DNA of 64,000 nucleotides from Naegleria gruberi (lineage: Eukaryota): the NCBI GenBank assembly GCA_000004985.1, contig GG738853.1; one strand, 5' to 3'. The notes below the pieces were generated by a model. It was given only the letters and a program-made list of their open reading frames with translations, did no database searches and was not told where the DNA came from. The number at the start of each line of letters is the position of its first letter. Positions within the stretch are counted from its first letter, which is position 1. Position numbers and translations under genes: made by a program. Positions 1 to 13,100 of this stretch are shown here, piece after piece.

Positions 1-1348
1 NNNNNNNNNNNNNNNNNNNNNNNNNNNNNNNNNNNNNNNNNNNNNNNNNNNNNNNNNNNNNNNNNNNNNNNNNNNNNNNNNNNNNNNNNNNNNNNNNNNN
101 NNNNNNNNNNNNNNNNNNNNNNNNNNNNNNNNNNNNNNNNNNNNNNNNNNNNNNNNNNNNNNNNNNNNNNNNNNNNNNNNNNNNNNNNNNNNNNNNNNNN
201 NNNNNNNNNNNNNNNNNNNNNNNNNNNNNNNNNNNNNNNNNNNNNNNNNNNNNNNNNNNNNNNNNNNNNNNNNNNNNNNNNNNNNNNNNNNNNNNNNNNN
301 NNNNNNNNNNNNNNNNNNNNNNNNNNNNNNNNNNNNNNNNNNNNNNNNNNNNNNNNNNNNNNNNNNNNNNNNNNNNNNNNNNNNNNNNNNNNNNNNNNNN
401 NNNNNNNNNNNNNNNNNNNNNNNNNNNNNNNNNNNNNNNNNNNNNNNNNNNNNNNNNNNNNNNNNNNNNNNNNNNNNNNNNNNNNNNNNNNNNNNNNNNN
501 NNNNNNNNNNNNNNNNNNNNNNNNNNNNNNNNNNNNNNNNNNNNNNNNNNNNNNNNNNNNNNNNNNNNNNNNNNNNNNNNNNNNNNNNNNNNNNNNNNNN
601 NNNNNNNNNNNNNNNNNNNNNNNNNNNNNNNNNNNNNNNNNNNNNNNNNNNNNNNNNNNNNNNNNNNNNNNNNNNNNNNNNNNNNNNNNNNNNNNNNNNN
701 NNNNNNNNNNNNNNNNNNNNNNNNNNNNNNNNNNNNNNNNNNNNNNNNNNNNNNNNNNNNNNNNNNNNNNNNNNNNNNNNNNNNNNNNNNNNNNNNNNNN
801 NNNNNNNNNNNNNNNNNNNNNNNNNNNNNNNNNNNNNNNNNNNNNNNNNNNNNNNNNNNNNNNNNNNNNNNNNNNNNNNNNNNNNNNNNNNNNNNNNNNN
901 NNNNNNNNNNNNNNNNNNNNNNNNNNNNNNNNNNNNNNNNNNNNNNNNNNNNNNNNNNNNNNNNNNNNNNNNNNNNNNNNNNNNNNNNNNNNNNNNNNNN
1001 NNNNNNNNNNNNNNNNNNNNNNNNNNNNNNNNNNNNNNNNNNNNNNNNNNNNNNNNNNNNNNNNNNNNNNNNNNNNNNNNNNNNNNNNNNNNNNNNNNNN
1101 NNNNNNNNNNNNNNNNNNNNNNNNNNNNNNNNNNNNNNNNNNNNNNNNNNNNNNNNNNNNNNNNNNNNNNNNNNNNNNNNNNNNNNNNNNNNNNNNNNNN
1201 NNNNNNNNNNNNNNNNNNNNNNNNNNNNNNNNNNNNNNNNNNNNNNNNNNNNNNNNNNNNNNNNNNNNNNNNNNNNNNNNNNNNNNNNNNNNNNNNNNNN
1301 NNNNNNNNNNNNNNNNNNNNNNNNNNNNNNNNNNNNNNNNNNNNNNNN
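1..1348. other. Assembly gap (run of N)
   Basis: 1348 consecutive n characters. Real sequence starts at 1349. Confidence 0.99.
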
Positions 1349-1473
1349 AAGATTTGTATCTTCTATTGAATATCACAATTACTGTATCTGAAGATTTGAG
1401 ATAAATCCCAGTATCATTTGAATTCCAGGCATCGGTTGGCATGTCCACAAGTTTCAATTTGAAGAATGCGTCC

Positions 1474-2847
1474 TCATTCGTATTGTGTATTCCTAATAGA
1501 TGCATCACTTGAAAAGTTTTTCCCATAAATTGAGATGTAATCCTCAGGAAATTGATTTTTTCTAAAAGTTTGTAAAATGCATGGATGAACAGCTCGTTCC
1601 GAACATCCAACAATGGTCATTCTACATGTCTGAAGAGTTTCCTCACTCTGAATTCCTTGTAGCAATTGGTGTTTGTAAGTGTCATTGTCAAAATAATGTT
1701 GATTATCAGAATTTTCTGATGGACTCAATGTGAGATTCCTTAAAGAGTGATGTTTCAATAAGTTTTTCAGGGAATTCTTCTTTTTCAATGATGTATTATA
1801 TTGGGATGGATCGTAAAATTCATGAATATGCACATGTTCCAATGAAAATGGTTTAATTTCTCTCAAAAATTCCGAACAAATTGAAATGACACACTTCCTT
1901 ATCGAATAATCTTCTCCCAACTCGAAGAAACCCTCATAATCACTTCCAACAATAGATTCAACAACTGTTGGGACATTCACATCACCAGCAACTGCTGTAT
2001 TATTCCTATAATTTGGAGGTATCGAATTTACCTTATTCGACAAACTATTCGAATGTTTTACAATTAATTCCTCACTTAAAATTCCCTCAAAATATTGAAT
2101 CCTCCTCCTCACTCTCACAATAAACTCCTGTAAAACTCCTTGCATGATAAGAGCTTGATGTTGAACTGAATTTAAACCTTTCGAATTTCGATTATTCATT
2201 TCCAATATTCTCCTATTCGTTAGTTGATTAAGGAAGGGTATCGTATTTTGTAATTGGTGCCTCCACATACTATCATTAGGTTCAATTATATGAAAAATGT
2301 AGGATTGAAAAAGTTTGCAACTCGATGAAAATTGAAGAATGTCTGGAAGGCAAAGAAATGGAAAAATTAAATCGAATATTAATTCGAAAGGGAGTTGTTT
2401 GAAAGTCTTGTGGTTGATTTCTAGGGAGGATTGAATGTAGAGGTGAGAAATGGGCCGTTTCGTATTTGATGATGAAGTGTTGGTAGAACTATTCGAATCG
2501 GAAGAACGAAAGTCATGTTCATGATTGTTTTGAGGAGTTGGTGCAGAGAAAGCCTTGAATTTAGTTAGATGATTAGTTCGGACACATTTAATATCATCAC
2601 CATGGTCTTCATCAGTTTCCAATATTATATCTGAAAGTGGTTGAATTTGTTTCTTGAAAATGTTTCTTTCGGCTGTTTTACTAACGGTCTGCAAGATTTT
2701 GTTATCTGTTTTAATCGCTGATGATGTTGATGGTTCAGACAATTTACCATTGACCTTTCGAATAGGAAGTTGTGTCATTTTGTTCGAAAAGTTTATTGGT
2801 GATTTGTCCATTTGCATCTCGTATTGACAGCTGTTATAATTTCTCAA
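1474..2847 (-). CDS. F-box-like domain protein (hypothetical)
   Basis: 457-aa ORF. The segment LPFELIFDLIFPFLCLPDILQFSSSCKLFQ fits the F-box consensus (LP.E.L..I...L....L......VCK.W). N-terminal Ser/Asn-rich low-complexity region. Transcribed divergently from the gene starting at 2990. Confidence 0.5.
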   Translation of the reverse strand: MRNYNSCQYEMQMDKSPINFSNKMTQLPIRKVNGKLSEPSTSSAIKTDNKILQTVSKTAERNIFKKQIQPLSDIILETDEDHGDDIKCVRTNHLTKFKAFSAPTPQNNHEHDFRSSDSNSSTNTSSSNTKRPISHLYIQSSLEINHKTFKQLPFELIFDLIFPFLCLPDILQFSSSCKLFQSYIFHIIEPNDSMWRHQLQNTIPFLNQLTNRRILEMNNRNSKGLNSVQHQALIMQGVLQEFIVRVRRRIQYFEGILSEELIVKHSNSLSNKVNSIPPNYRNNTAVAGDVNVPTVVESIVGSDYEGFFELGEDYSIRKCVISICSEFLREIKPFSLEHVHIHEFYDPSQYNTSLKKKNSLKNLLKHHSLRNLTLSPSENSDNQHYFDNDTYKHQLLQGIQSEETLQTCRMTIVGCSERAVHPCILQTFRKNQFPEDYISIYGKNFSSDASIRNTQYE

Positions 2848-2989
2848 ATTGTCATCTCCAACACTTTCTATTCGAAATGCCTCAACACTTTCACATCCTA
2901 AACTTTTTGTAAACTTTCTTCTTTACAAAATAATATTATTGAATGAAATACAAAAATCAAATTTCTCAATAATAATAATACAAAAAAAA

Positions 2990-5116
2990 ATGCAAAACTC
3001 AAACACAGGCGACACCACATCAACCTCTCATACAACGCTGCCGCAGCCACCATCAAAAAATTCGGAATTTTCCTTCCTCACCAATTCCGATGGTTATTCA
3101 TCAATAGAAGATGAAGAACAATTTTCCAAATTAAAACCAAAACGATATGGTGGAGAGTTGGATGAGGGACATGCCTTTTACTTCTCCGATATGATTGATA
3201 TTATGTCGAAGGAGAAGGATTTGAATAGAAAGTTTTATCGGATGAGAGTTTTGTTGCACGGGAGTAGGGAGAAGAAGGAACGACCATTGTTTCAGCATGA
3301 ATCTGATGTGGTATTGTCGTGGACTTCATCATTGAGGGCTTCGGAGGTGATGTATCGATCAGTGCAAGCTTTTGGCACTGGATTGGAACGTGATTTGCAG
3401 AAATTGGTTGAGTTTGGACTTGTGAATCACTTGTTGATATTTATTACACATGGATATAGATTTAGATTTTGGGATGAGGGAGCTCCTACGAGAGATGATG
3501 TTTCAGTAGATCATTTCCTATATGAACCACGCAATTTTCAAGATATGTCGCTTCACTATCCAATGTATGCTGCAGAAACATTATTGTTAATTCTTAAACA
3601 CTCGGACTGGAATACCTTTTTGGCAATTATGGAACGATACTTTTCTAGTAAGCAAAATGGACCTAGAAGTAGTAAATTAATTAATGATGGAAAGCACACC
3701 ATTATGAATGGTGTCGGTGTATTTTACAAATCATTGAAATATGGATTGGCAGGAATGAAGGAAACTATACTCGTCATTCTCAAAACCATTCACACTCGAT
3801 GCAAAACATTCCAAAAGAATATACTCTACAATACTAAATTCCCACTCATTGAAGCATTGTTTGAATGCATCGATTCTCTGACGCCAGAGAATCTCTGCAA
3901 AGAACTCAGCACTCTTCCAGGTGAAGCTCAAAAGAGGCATTTTGGTAACAGGTTTGACCCTACTACAGAAAGTGGAAAAATTGTAATAGGGTATTGGACA
4001 GAAAATGTTAGAGATTCAATTGTTGATGTTATTGGAATCTTTTTAAATGAAGCCAAGAAAAATGGCAATAGAAAAATGTATTTGGATCCAAAGTATGTCT
4101 TTCCGTGGACTGAGGAAGAAATCAAGGTCAAGCCAGACAGAGCAAACTATAACAAAATATTGCACCGAATGACAGATCTGATTTATCAAAAGCCACTCAC
4201 TGAATTGAAAGTGATACAATATCATTATTGGTTACCTGGAATGTTTTCAAACATGCTATTTGAGAAGGAAGTTTGTGACAGCTCTAATTCCTTGGAACAA
4301 GTGATTGACATTGATTATCAATTATTGGACTTTATTTCAGGAGAGGATGAAATGTTGGACAAGTTGTTTGGCTTTATGAAGAGATTGTATCATGATCCAA
4401 TGTACAAATTGTCAAACTTTCTCGAGTCAACACGTCGCTTTTTGATTGCTCACGATGGAACTGATCATCCATTCGAAATTACACATAATAAGTTCAGACA
4501 TTTGATGGAAATGATAGAGTTATCAATGGTGGATTTACTTTCTTGGATTACATGCAATTCTTTAACAGCTTACAAATGTGTACAATATGATAATCACATT
4601 CTAATGGAGGATTTTCTTAAGCAAGATAACAACTTTACGGAATATTTAAATATGGATGTATTTTCAAAACCTGCTCTTTCATTCCATTCAATACTAGATG
4701 AAACAGAAGGCTACTATTCTATGGGAAGGAATACATGCATTCTCTCCATCATACACAACATGTTCATTGCCGCTCCTGAGCATGCCAATAGGCTGCCGGA
4801 TATACATAACTTGCTGCTTAAAGGTGTAATCGAAAATAAGGATCTGATTAATACTTGTTTTGTGAGTGGCATTAAGAATTATCAAATTGGATTACATGCT
4901 TATATAAGTTTATTTAGAGTGTTTGGAGAGTTAATGGAAGAGTTTGTTGGAAAGGCACAAGTCGATCAACAAAGAGCCATACTTTCTAGTAACATTGGTG
5001 AAATGTGTTTGAGAATTGATAAACATGATCTTGCCGAAAAGTATCTGAAATACTCCCTCAAATATGATCCAAATAACGAAAAGACAAAGAGAAGACTTGA
5101 TAGAGTAAAGAAATAA
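2990..5116 (+). CDS. Hypothetical protein, TPR-like C-terminus
   Basis: The long ORF 2849..5116 has its first plausible ATG at 2990, in an A-rich context (caaaaaaaaATGcaa). ORF-track residues before it are unlikely to be coding. The C-terminus (KYLKYSLKYDPNNEK) is TPR-like. No confident family assignment. Confidence 0.45.
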   Translation: MQNSNTGDTTSTSHTTLPQPPSKNSEFSFLTNSDGYSSIEDEEQFSKLKPKRYGGELDEGHAFYFSDMIDIMSKEKDLNRKFYRMRVLLHGSREKKERPLFQHESDVVLSWTSSLRASEVMYRSVQAFGTGLERDLQKLVEFGLVNHLLIFITHGYRFRFWDEGAPTRDDVSVDHFLYEPRNFQDMSLHYPMYAAETLLLILKHSDWNTFLAIMERYFSSKQNGPRSSKLINDGKHTIMNGVGVFYKSLKYGLAGMKETILVILKTIHTRCKTFQKNILYNTKFPLIEALFECIDSLTPENLCKELSTLPGEAQKRHFGNRFDPTTESGKIVIGYWTENVRDSIVDVIGIFLNEAKKNGNRKMYLDPKYVFPWTEEEIKVKPDRANYNKILHRMTDLIYQKPLTELKVIQYHYWLPGMFSNMLFEKEVCDSSNSLEQVIDIDYQLLDFISGEDEMLDKLFGFMKRLYHDPMYKLSNFLESTRRFLIAHDGTDHPFEITHNKFRHLMEMIELSMVDLLSWITCNSLTAYKCVQYDNHILMEDFLKQDNNFTEYLNMDVFSKPALSFHSILDETEGYYSMGRNTCILSIIHNMFIAAPEHANRLPDIHNLLLKGVIENKDLINTCFVSGIKNYQIGLHAYISLFRVFGELMEEFVGKAQVDQQRAILSSNIGEMCLRIDKHDLAEKYLKYSLKYDPNNEKTKRRLDRVKK

Positions 5117-5227
5117 AATGAAATGTGTATAATGTTCACAATAAATTCATAGCTGCCATCTATCGTACTTCAAAAGCTGTAAAGGAAAGAAATAAAACTG
5201 TAATGTCTTCCTTCTAATAAAAACTAT

Positions 5228-6496
5228 TTAATGCCAAGATTGATTTAAAATCATAAGCAACAAATCTTGATAATTCCAACCAATTTCTCTAGCAGCAATT
5301 GCAGATAAACTGTCTTGATTGTCTCTATTATCTCTTCCAGGTCCTGTCATGTTTGGTTTCATATTCAAATCAAACATTTTAAACTCAACAGAGTCTGAAG
5401 TTTGGTGAGATCGACAGTCAATTCTAATTGGAGCCTTAGCTTGAACAAGCTCAGCAGCTTTTTCACATGCTTTAATTATCTTTTGGATGGCTTCATCTGA
5501 ATCAAAATCCTTCAATACTACACTATTATTTACAACTGCCACAATACCATTGTATGGAGCAACACCATTTTGATGGTTGAATCTTTTTACAGGTGGAAGA
5601 GCCCAATGATTTGAAAATTCCATTTCTTGAATATCGTACATTATATAATTTCCTGGTGGCATGACAGTCAGTGTCAATTCATCACCATTTAAAAATTCCT
5701 CAACTATAAAATAATAGCCATATTTTGGAACTGGTTTGTTATTCACTTGAATGGTTTGGTTGATTAATTGAGTTGACTTTTCTACAAAACTGTCAAAATT
5801 ATCAACCTTTTCAACTCCTTCACTTCCTCTTCCTCTCACAGGTTTAATAATGAGTGGAAATTCAATACCGTTCTCCCTCAAAGATTCCTCAGATAATTCC
5901 TCCAAAATTTTAATACCTTCCTTATAAAATCCAAGTAATTTCATTTCTTCCAACTTTTCCCTCGTAGAGACAATCAATGAATTAGCAACTGGTAAATTCT
6001 CCTTCTTTAACATTTGATTCGTATCAAACTTGTCATCAAATTGTTGAACCAACTTTGGATGTTGTCCAACAAATTCCACTCCTCTCAAATCCAAACCACA
6101 CCACTCACTCACTTCACATTGACTCTCCACTTGTTTCTGTTGAGCTCTGATCAAATCATGCAACGGATGCTCCTCAAACAATACAGTATTTGCCCAAATC
6201 ACCTTTGCACCCTTCTTCAAACACTCCTCAATACCTTCCTTTGAATCGGGAAAAACCCACTCCAAATCATCCCACAATTTAGCATCATCCACACTCATCA
6301 TCCTAATCAACATATCATGAAGATGCAACATGCCTCTTTGTGGTGTTACAATGGTTCGATTTGCCGCCAATAAATTAAAGGCAATATCAGCGCCCGAATC
6401 CTTGTACCCACCTGGTTTGCACGGCTTGAGAATACCATCAATGGTCGGAGGTTGAATGGCTTGATAGAGAATGGCAATGGGTTGATGTCTTTTCAT
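5228..6496 (-). CDS. ATP-grasp enzyme, D-alanine--D-alanine ligase-like
   Basis: 422 aa. PLIIKPVRGRGSEGV, YFIVEEFLNGDELTLTVM and RIDCR align with Ddl PVIVKPSREGSSVGM, EVLIEKWLSGPEFTVAIL and RIDVM. N-terminal IAILYQA resembles the Ddl start. A-rich ATG context on the minus strand. Confidence 0.55.
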   Translation of the reverse strand: MKRHQPIAILYQAIQPPTIDGILKPCKPGGYKDSGADIAFNLLAANRTIVTPQRGMLHLHDMLIRMMSVDDAKLWDDLEWVFPDSKEGIEECLKKGAKVIWANTVLFEEHPLHDLIRAQQKQVESQCEVSEWCGLDLRGVEFVGQHPKLVQQFDDKFDTNQMLKKENLPVANSLIVSTREKLEEMKLLGFYKEGIKILEELSEESLRENGIEFPLIIKPVRGRGSEGVEKVDNFDSFVEKSTQLINQTIQVNNKPVPKYGYYFIVEEFLNGDELTLTVMPPGNYIMYDIQEMEFSNHWALPPVKRFNHQNGVAPYNGIVAVVNNSVVLKDFDSDEAIQKIIKACEKAAELVQAKAPIRIDCRSHQTSDSVEFKMFDLNMKPNMTGPGRDNRDNQDSLSAIAAREIGWNYQDLLLMILNQSWH

Positions 6497-7113
6497 TTTT
6501 TTTTAAAAAGAAATAAAAATTTGAAAAAGTTATTTTGCAATTGGAAACAATTGAATTATTGGAATCAATACGAAAGATATGGTTTCGAATTTCGAAGAAT
6601 AAATTGGATAAAGAAGTTATTCGAAAGGTAAGTGATATTAAGTTGAATGGTGTAATTGATGTTTGTAAAATTGTTTTTTGTAACTTGGGTTCGATTTAAC
6701 GGTTATCTTTATGACAAGCAAATACCGCCAGTCAAATGTCAAACACTACCATTAAAAAAAATGAGGCCTCATGCCGTGGCCTCTTCATCGAGTCTCTCCA
6801 CACGACCTATGGTTAGAAAGATAGTTTCCGATATTGAAAACTTTCTCATCGAAGGTTTGTGTTTTAAAATTCACAAGAAAATTAATTTTCCCGCTTCTTT
6901 TTGAAATCTTTGAAAAAACGGAAAAAAATTTGAAAAAACCAAAAATCTTCATCATTTGTTTTTATTCATTTAAATAATTATTATTATTATATTACTATAA
7001 CAACAAAATGTCGGAATTTTGCTGGAAATACTCTCGGAATGGATCATATAATCGAATGAAAATTTTGGAAAATTCATGATGATATCAAAATAGTTGAGAA
7101 AAGTAAAGACCAA

Positions 7114-10100
7114 GTGATTCCGGTCATTCCCATCACAGCCTCCTACTATCGAGATAAGGTTTCCTACTTTAAAGAACAATTGAGAAAGCAGAGATTGTAT
7201 TCCAATCAGACAGCCACTCTCCTTCCTTCAGCTAGTAATTTTGCAGATGATTCATCCTCATCCTTCCAACAACAACAACATTCAACAACTACCTCTCCCT
7301 TCAATCCATCAACAAAGAGATTTATAGGAGGGAATGCATCACCGAATAATGGACCAGTTACCATCACAAAGAAAGGAACTGATAATTCTGTAAATAGTGA
7401 TTTGGATTATTTCGATGATAAGTGGAGTCTCTACAGAGAGTACATTACTCTCCAGAAACAAATTGAGGAAGTTCAACAGGATTCGGATTTGAATTATATT
7501 GAAATGAGAAGGAGAGTCGATTTGGCTCAAGTTTTCAGAGAACATGGAGAATTTTCTGAAGCTTTTATTCAATTAGAACTTGTGGAACAGTCGGCTCAAC
7601 AGAAGGCAGAGAGTGGTGAATTTGATCCAAAAGTTGAGTTGTTACATGCCAAATGTCTGTTTTTACTTTCAATTGTTTTGAAACAAAAGAATAGATCAGA
7701 TGATGCAACAGAATATTTGGAATCTTCAAAGGAAAGAACTGATTACTTGCTCAAAGTAATTTCTCCAGCAAATACTCACAAGGATCAGTGTACTAATTTT
7801 GTTTTCAAATCGGCTCGTTTACTGCTCTCTGAAATTTCCCTGTACAGCTCTGAGGATTTAATTTCACAACAACAAAAGAACTTTCAAGCCCTTCCATTGG
7901 GTCAAAAACTCACCATCAATGAAGAAGCAAATATTGAAAAGATTTTGAGTGAATATCTCATACCTGGCTTGCAGAATGTGAAAATTGTGAGTGGCTCCCA
8001 GAAGGTTACAGTTTCCAATTTGGAAGTTTTCAGAAATTTGTGTTACTACTCTGCTGTTTGTATGATGATGTTGAGGGAAAACAAACTTTCCAAACAGTTA
8101 CTCTCTGTCGCAGAGAATACCTCTCCACTCAAATCAAATGGAAAGAATCACAATAGAAGTGATAGTGACATTTATCTGGAAGCCAATGTGGAAATTGATA
8201 AGAAAATTACTAAACTAGCCATCGATATCAAAATTGCAGAGGAAAAGATGGAAAAGGAAAAGCAAGCATCAACCTCTCAAAAGCACACCTCAAAGAATCA
8301 CAAATTTAAGGATGATAGTGATGAAAGCGACGATGATGCTTGGGATGATTTTGTGCCAACAGGAGCTCTCTCTGGCTTGGCTAAACTAATTCTAGGAGAT
8401 AACAGTGAAGAGGAAGACGCAGATGAAGATCCAATCAGTACTGACATCTTCCCTTCCAAATACAGACTTTTCAAGTCTAGAATTTATAAGGAGGAAGACG
8501 ACAAGTTACCTCAATGTATTTTAACAGACTCGCTGGTGAATCCAATTGGAGTGTCTCCCATGTCACCAGCTTGCAGTAATACATTTAGTAATAGAGAGGA
8601 ATTTAAAAAGTGGATACAACTCTTGAATGCAATTCCAACCAATCCAAATCCTTACACACAAAACATTCCAGTAACAATTTTCGGATATAGTCTTAATGAT
8701 CGATTGCAAATGAATGGTAATCAATTGTGCAGTCTCTACGATAAGCTGATACAGAGCGAGGCATTTACCTCAAAATGGATCAAAGTGTATTTTGAGCTGT
8801 GCACTCGGTTGTACAATGTCAGCTCGATGGAAATGATGATTTCACAACAACAAACAGAAGTTTCTCAACAGGCTCTCTCACTCCAACAAAAATGTGCACA
8901 AATGCTGTTGAACTATTTCAACTTGTTAAAGCAACACAAAACCAAGCATTCTTCAATGTCTTCATCTATTATTTCTGCATCCATGTCTAATATAGATTCG
9001 AATCCAGATATCATGAGCAAATTGAATGATATTTCAGACAAGTTGGTCGAAAAGAAAGCCTTCCTTTTCACAGTAAGTATGGAAATGTTTGCCATTGCAG
9101 GTAGACTCTTCCATCCAGAAGAAGAGGAAATTGGATTTATTGTAGGTGTGTTGAAGGAATGGTTTGGTTCTCAGATAATGTACATTCAATTGGCCAAACT
9201 TCAAGCAACCATCCGATTCCACATGAGATTATTCCGATATGATTGCATGATGCCAATGAAGGAAGAAATTAGAAAAGTCTACGATGAATTACTTAATTTA
9301 TTCGATAATATTGAATCTGCTGAATCATTACCAACTGCCGAGAGTCCACAACCTAATGCTGTCAACCACAGATCATCTGCAAGAAATAATCAAGCTTACA
9401 GTATTGAAAAGCACTATTCTCCAAATCTTTCCACAGTTGCTGCCAAGGTCATTATTCTGTTCCACAGATATCACAACTTTTGGATCACATCTCTGAGAAG
9501 AGGTTCTGCAGATGATGAATGGGCCTACATGCCAGAGCTACCAAAGCACAAACTCTTATCAGATAAGGAAAGATTTTCACTCCTCCTAAGAAAGTATTAT
9601 CCAAAGATTCCTCTCTGTCATACGAAAGCAGAAGTTGCCTATACTGTTGGAAGTTACTGGTTGAGACAACCTAAATCTAAGGATGATAGACAATTGGCAG
9701 AGTGTGTTCTCTTTGAATGTATATATCTGTATTATAAGTTGAGTCAGAGCGTTCAATCTTTTGGTTTTTCATTCATGATTACCAATGATGCTCTAAAGGC
9801 ATTGAAGAAATTTTCAGAGGTTCTCTATGCCAATGACAAGTACGAGTACTCCTCCCTGTGCTATGAAGTCTATGTGAACAATTACAAATTGTTGAGAGGA
9901 CGACACGATTATCAGTTCATTGACGATCTCACATCCGTAACAACGAAACACAATGACTACAAGCACTCTGTCAAGTATTATGAAATTCTCTACGAAAAGG
10001 CAAAGGAAGAAAAGAAGATTCCACAAATTGCCAGACTATCAACAAAATTGGCCAATCTTTATATGGAAAAGGGTGAAGTATTGGAAGCAGAGAGAATTAA

Positions 10101-13100
10101 ATTGGAATCGATTGACTATGCCAAGAGATATGGTACATTGATGGACTATAAGACGGATCTTGAAATTGAGCTGGGCACCTTACTGTTGCAGGGAGGTAAA
10201 TTTGAGAAGTGTATTGCTGTACTTTATAGTGTAGCACAAGAACAGGCCAACAAGAGACACATTGTCTATGAAATTCTATCGAGAGCCTACCTCAAGAAAC
10301 GTTGGTTTGCCGAGTGTGAAGATTCTCTCACAGAAATAGCCAATGTATTGGTAAACTTTTATATTCAATTGAACCAACAACAAGAAATGAGAATTTTGGA
10401 AACTGTGAGCAAGTACTACTTTAAACGTAGCATGTTTGGATATGCACTCGAGTGTGTAAATATTGCCCTCTATAGATGTTCAGGAACATTTGCTGTTCTT
10501 GCCAATCTATTCAAGCTTAAGGGAAAGATTCTGAAATCAATTTGTCAGTACAGCACTCGTCTCTCCTTCCCATGTTCTATTAGTGAATCTACGGAGGAAG
10601 AATTACATCAGCTTGTCACCCAAATAGAACAAACTCCTTCCAATAGAAATAATCTCTATGAAGGTATCAATGAAAATGATTGTTCCTTTGTTTTCAGCAA
10701 GAGGCCAACTTACTACTGCGTTGCACAACTGTTACAGGATTGCATCGACTGTTTCACAAAAGCTGCTGGATACTATGAAGCTTGTTCAAATCAAATTGGA
10801 GAGGCCAAGGTTAATTTGCTAATTTCTGAAACTCTACTTGATTATTTGTTTGTTCCTGTTGCTCTTCTTGGAAAGGATCCAGAGCCATATATCAAGCTCA
10901 AAGAACAGAGTGAGGAAAATAGAAAGAAGAATGCTGATCCTCAACACAGCCAATTCAAACCTATTACACCATTGGACTATCTCGATTTGAATCACATATT
11001 TGCAAACTATATTGAAGCTGCATTGGAAACTTCAGTGGCTGCATGTGATGTCTTTTTGTGCATGAATTCGTATATCACTTCTGCCGAGTGTAAATATTTG
11101 CAAGGCAAAATTTCAAGTGCCAAGAGTTTTTGGTGTGAATGTAGAGATGTTCTTTTCACTCTTTTCATTGATAGTGACTCACATGTGATATTGTCATCTG
11201 GTACTCCACTTGGTGTTATTGAAAAGCTCATGATTATTGTAAAGAGAATGGTTCGTCTCTTGTTCTGCTTTGAACCTGAATTTGTCAATCAACATTTAGG
11301 AATTTTTGATGTATACTATGTAATTGATATTCAATATGAACAGGCAGCTAAAAGATTGCCAACATTTGATGCTGAAAGTGAATACGTCGATAAGGATCAG
11401 CAACATCCATTATCCCTCGAGTATTATAACAATTACTTCTACTCAAATTTGGATAAGATTATTGGAAATAATAAGCAATTATCAGAGGCAGATAAGCAAC
11501 TTCTCATCAAGAACAAACTCTTTGAAATTTTACAAAAGAGAGTGACTGCCACTTCTTCAACCTATTTAACACCTTCACTACCTTCTTCCTTCTCTTCTTC
11601 ATCTCTGAGTACATTGACTACACTTAGAAAGGGTACTCTAAAGAAGTCAGCCTCCATTTCATCCAGCTCAAGTAATGATAAATCAAGCGAAGGATCATTG
11701 GGAAGTGCCACAATTTCACAATTCCTAGATGTTCCAACAACAACACACAAGAAGAGCTCACCATCAGAATTTATCAAACCAAACATGACTCAACTCAAGC
11801 AAAAGATTTTGGAAAGAGTTTTCGGATGTATCTTGACTATGAAGCAAGACAGTAAAAAGTATTCGAATGAAATTCACGACAGACTTAAGGCCAGAAATCA
11901 AGAATGTATGAGAAGATTGTACAATTTAATGAATGCCATCAGAGAGAGTGGAATTTCTATCTCCAAACACAAGAAGGGTAAGAAAGGTGCCTCTACCATT
12001 AATTTCTCAAATGAAGCTCCTTTGAGTCCACTCTTTGCAAAATCTCCACATATTGTCTCGCCAAAACAACGTGAAAGATCCATGTCTGTTGATGCTGGAA
12101 ACACTGGAGGTACTCTGATGACAATGGACTTGCTTCCAGGAGATGTAGAATTGATGGAAATGCTTATCAGAACTGTAAATCTCCAAAAGGGAACAAAATT
12201 GAAAGGAACCATTCAACAAACTATGAATATTCACCTCATCTTGGAAAGAAACATTGCAAGGTATACATCCATTTCACCAGATATTAATTGCCTTGAGGAA
12301 AATTTCAAACTCGTCCAAAAGATGAAACTGTTGGACCAATTGGTCTATGTCTTTTATATTGACAGTGTTTTGATTTTCTACATTCCTAAAGAAGGTAGAA
12401 AGGTTGTCATACCTTTTGGTGGAAGAGATCACGCAATATTGGATGATAAAATTAGAAATGTTATCGATCTCAATGAAAGCCCGGCTACTCCAAGACGAGG
12501 TCAAAACGATTCTGTGGAATTCCTCTCCAATAAGGTATCCAATTGGAGTACAAAAGATTTAGGAAAGGACTTGACTCTCATTGACGATTACTTACTCACT
12601 TTGATAACCAGGAGTGCTCGAGAAAAGAAAACTAAAAAGTTTACTCACGAAGATATTGTCAAGGGATTGAGCAAGGTTCTGAATGCCCAATCAGTATTCT
12701 CATACAAGCCAGACCTTGCTAAATACGAAGAATTCAAAAAGAGTATTTCACTGCTGAACTTTTCCTTCAAACAATTATACACTCAAAAAACAGGAACAAT
12801 CTCAGGTACTTTATCATCAACATTTGGTCGTAAAAAATCTATTGGCTCAATACCAAAACTCGATCAATTACCAACCTTTGATGATCATATTATTCTTCTC
12901 TGTAATAGTTTCCTGAATGTAATACCTTGGGAGCTTCTGTTTGAAGTTAGCTTGACGAGAGTGAATGCTATTCAGTACTTTATTGGAAGAATCAAGAAGA
13001 AGAAATCCAGTGAAGCCAAGATTAGTAGATTCATTGCTTTCTACTCTGAAGATGAAGCCAAATTCATTTTGCCTGCAGAACAAGAAAGAAAGGAATGGAT

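Noticed and set aside
3731-4885. Small minus-strand ORFs (3731..3940, 3928..4131, 4043..4225, 4694..4885) and similar short ORFs inside other long genes (7339..7572, 8913..9222, 15380..15586, 16119..16415, 18050..18838, 33368..33754, 41382..41996, 49223..49784)
   Set aside because: They are embedded antisense or out of frame within much longer, well-supported CDSs. They are AT-rich low-complexity translations with no motifs, i.e. chance ORFs.
6656-6904. 82-aa ORF in the divergent intergenic region between the ATP-grasp gene and the giant ORF
   Set aside because: No start context, no homology, and it lies in a probable shared promoter region. Likely non-coding.
12007-12234. GTG/TTG-initiated ORFs shown with M in the ORF track (e.g. 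7114, 48078, 30171, 62584)
   Set aside because: These are reading-frame continuations of spliced exons or of upstream coding sequence, not independent starts. Gene starts were re-derived from ATG codons in A-rich contexts where possible.
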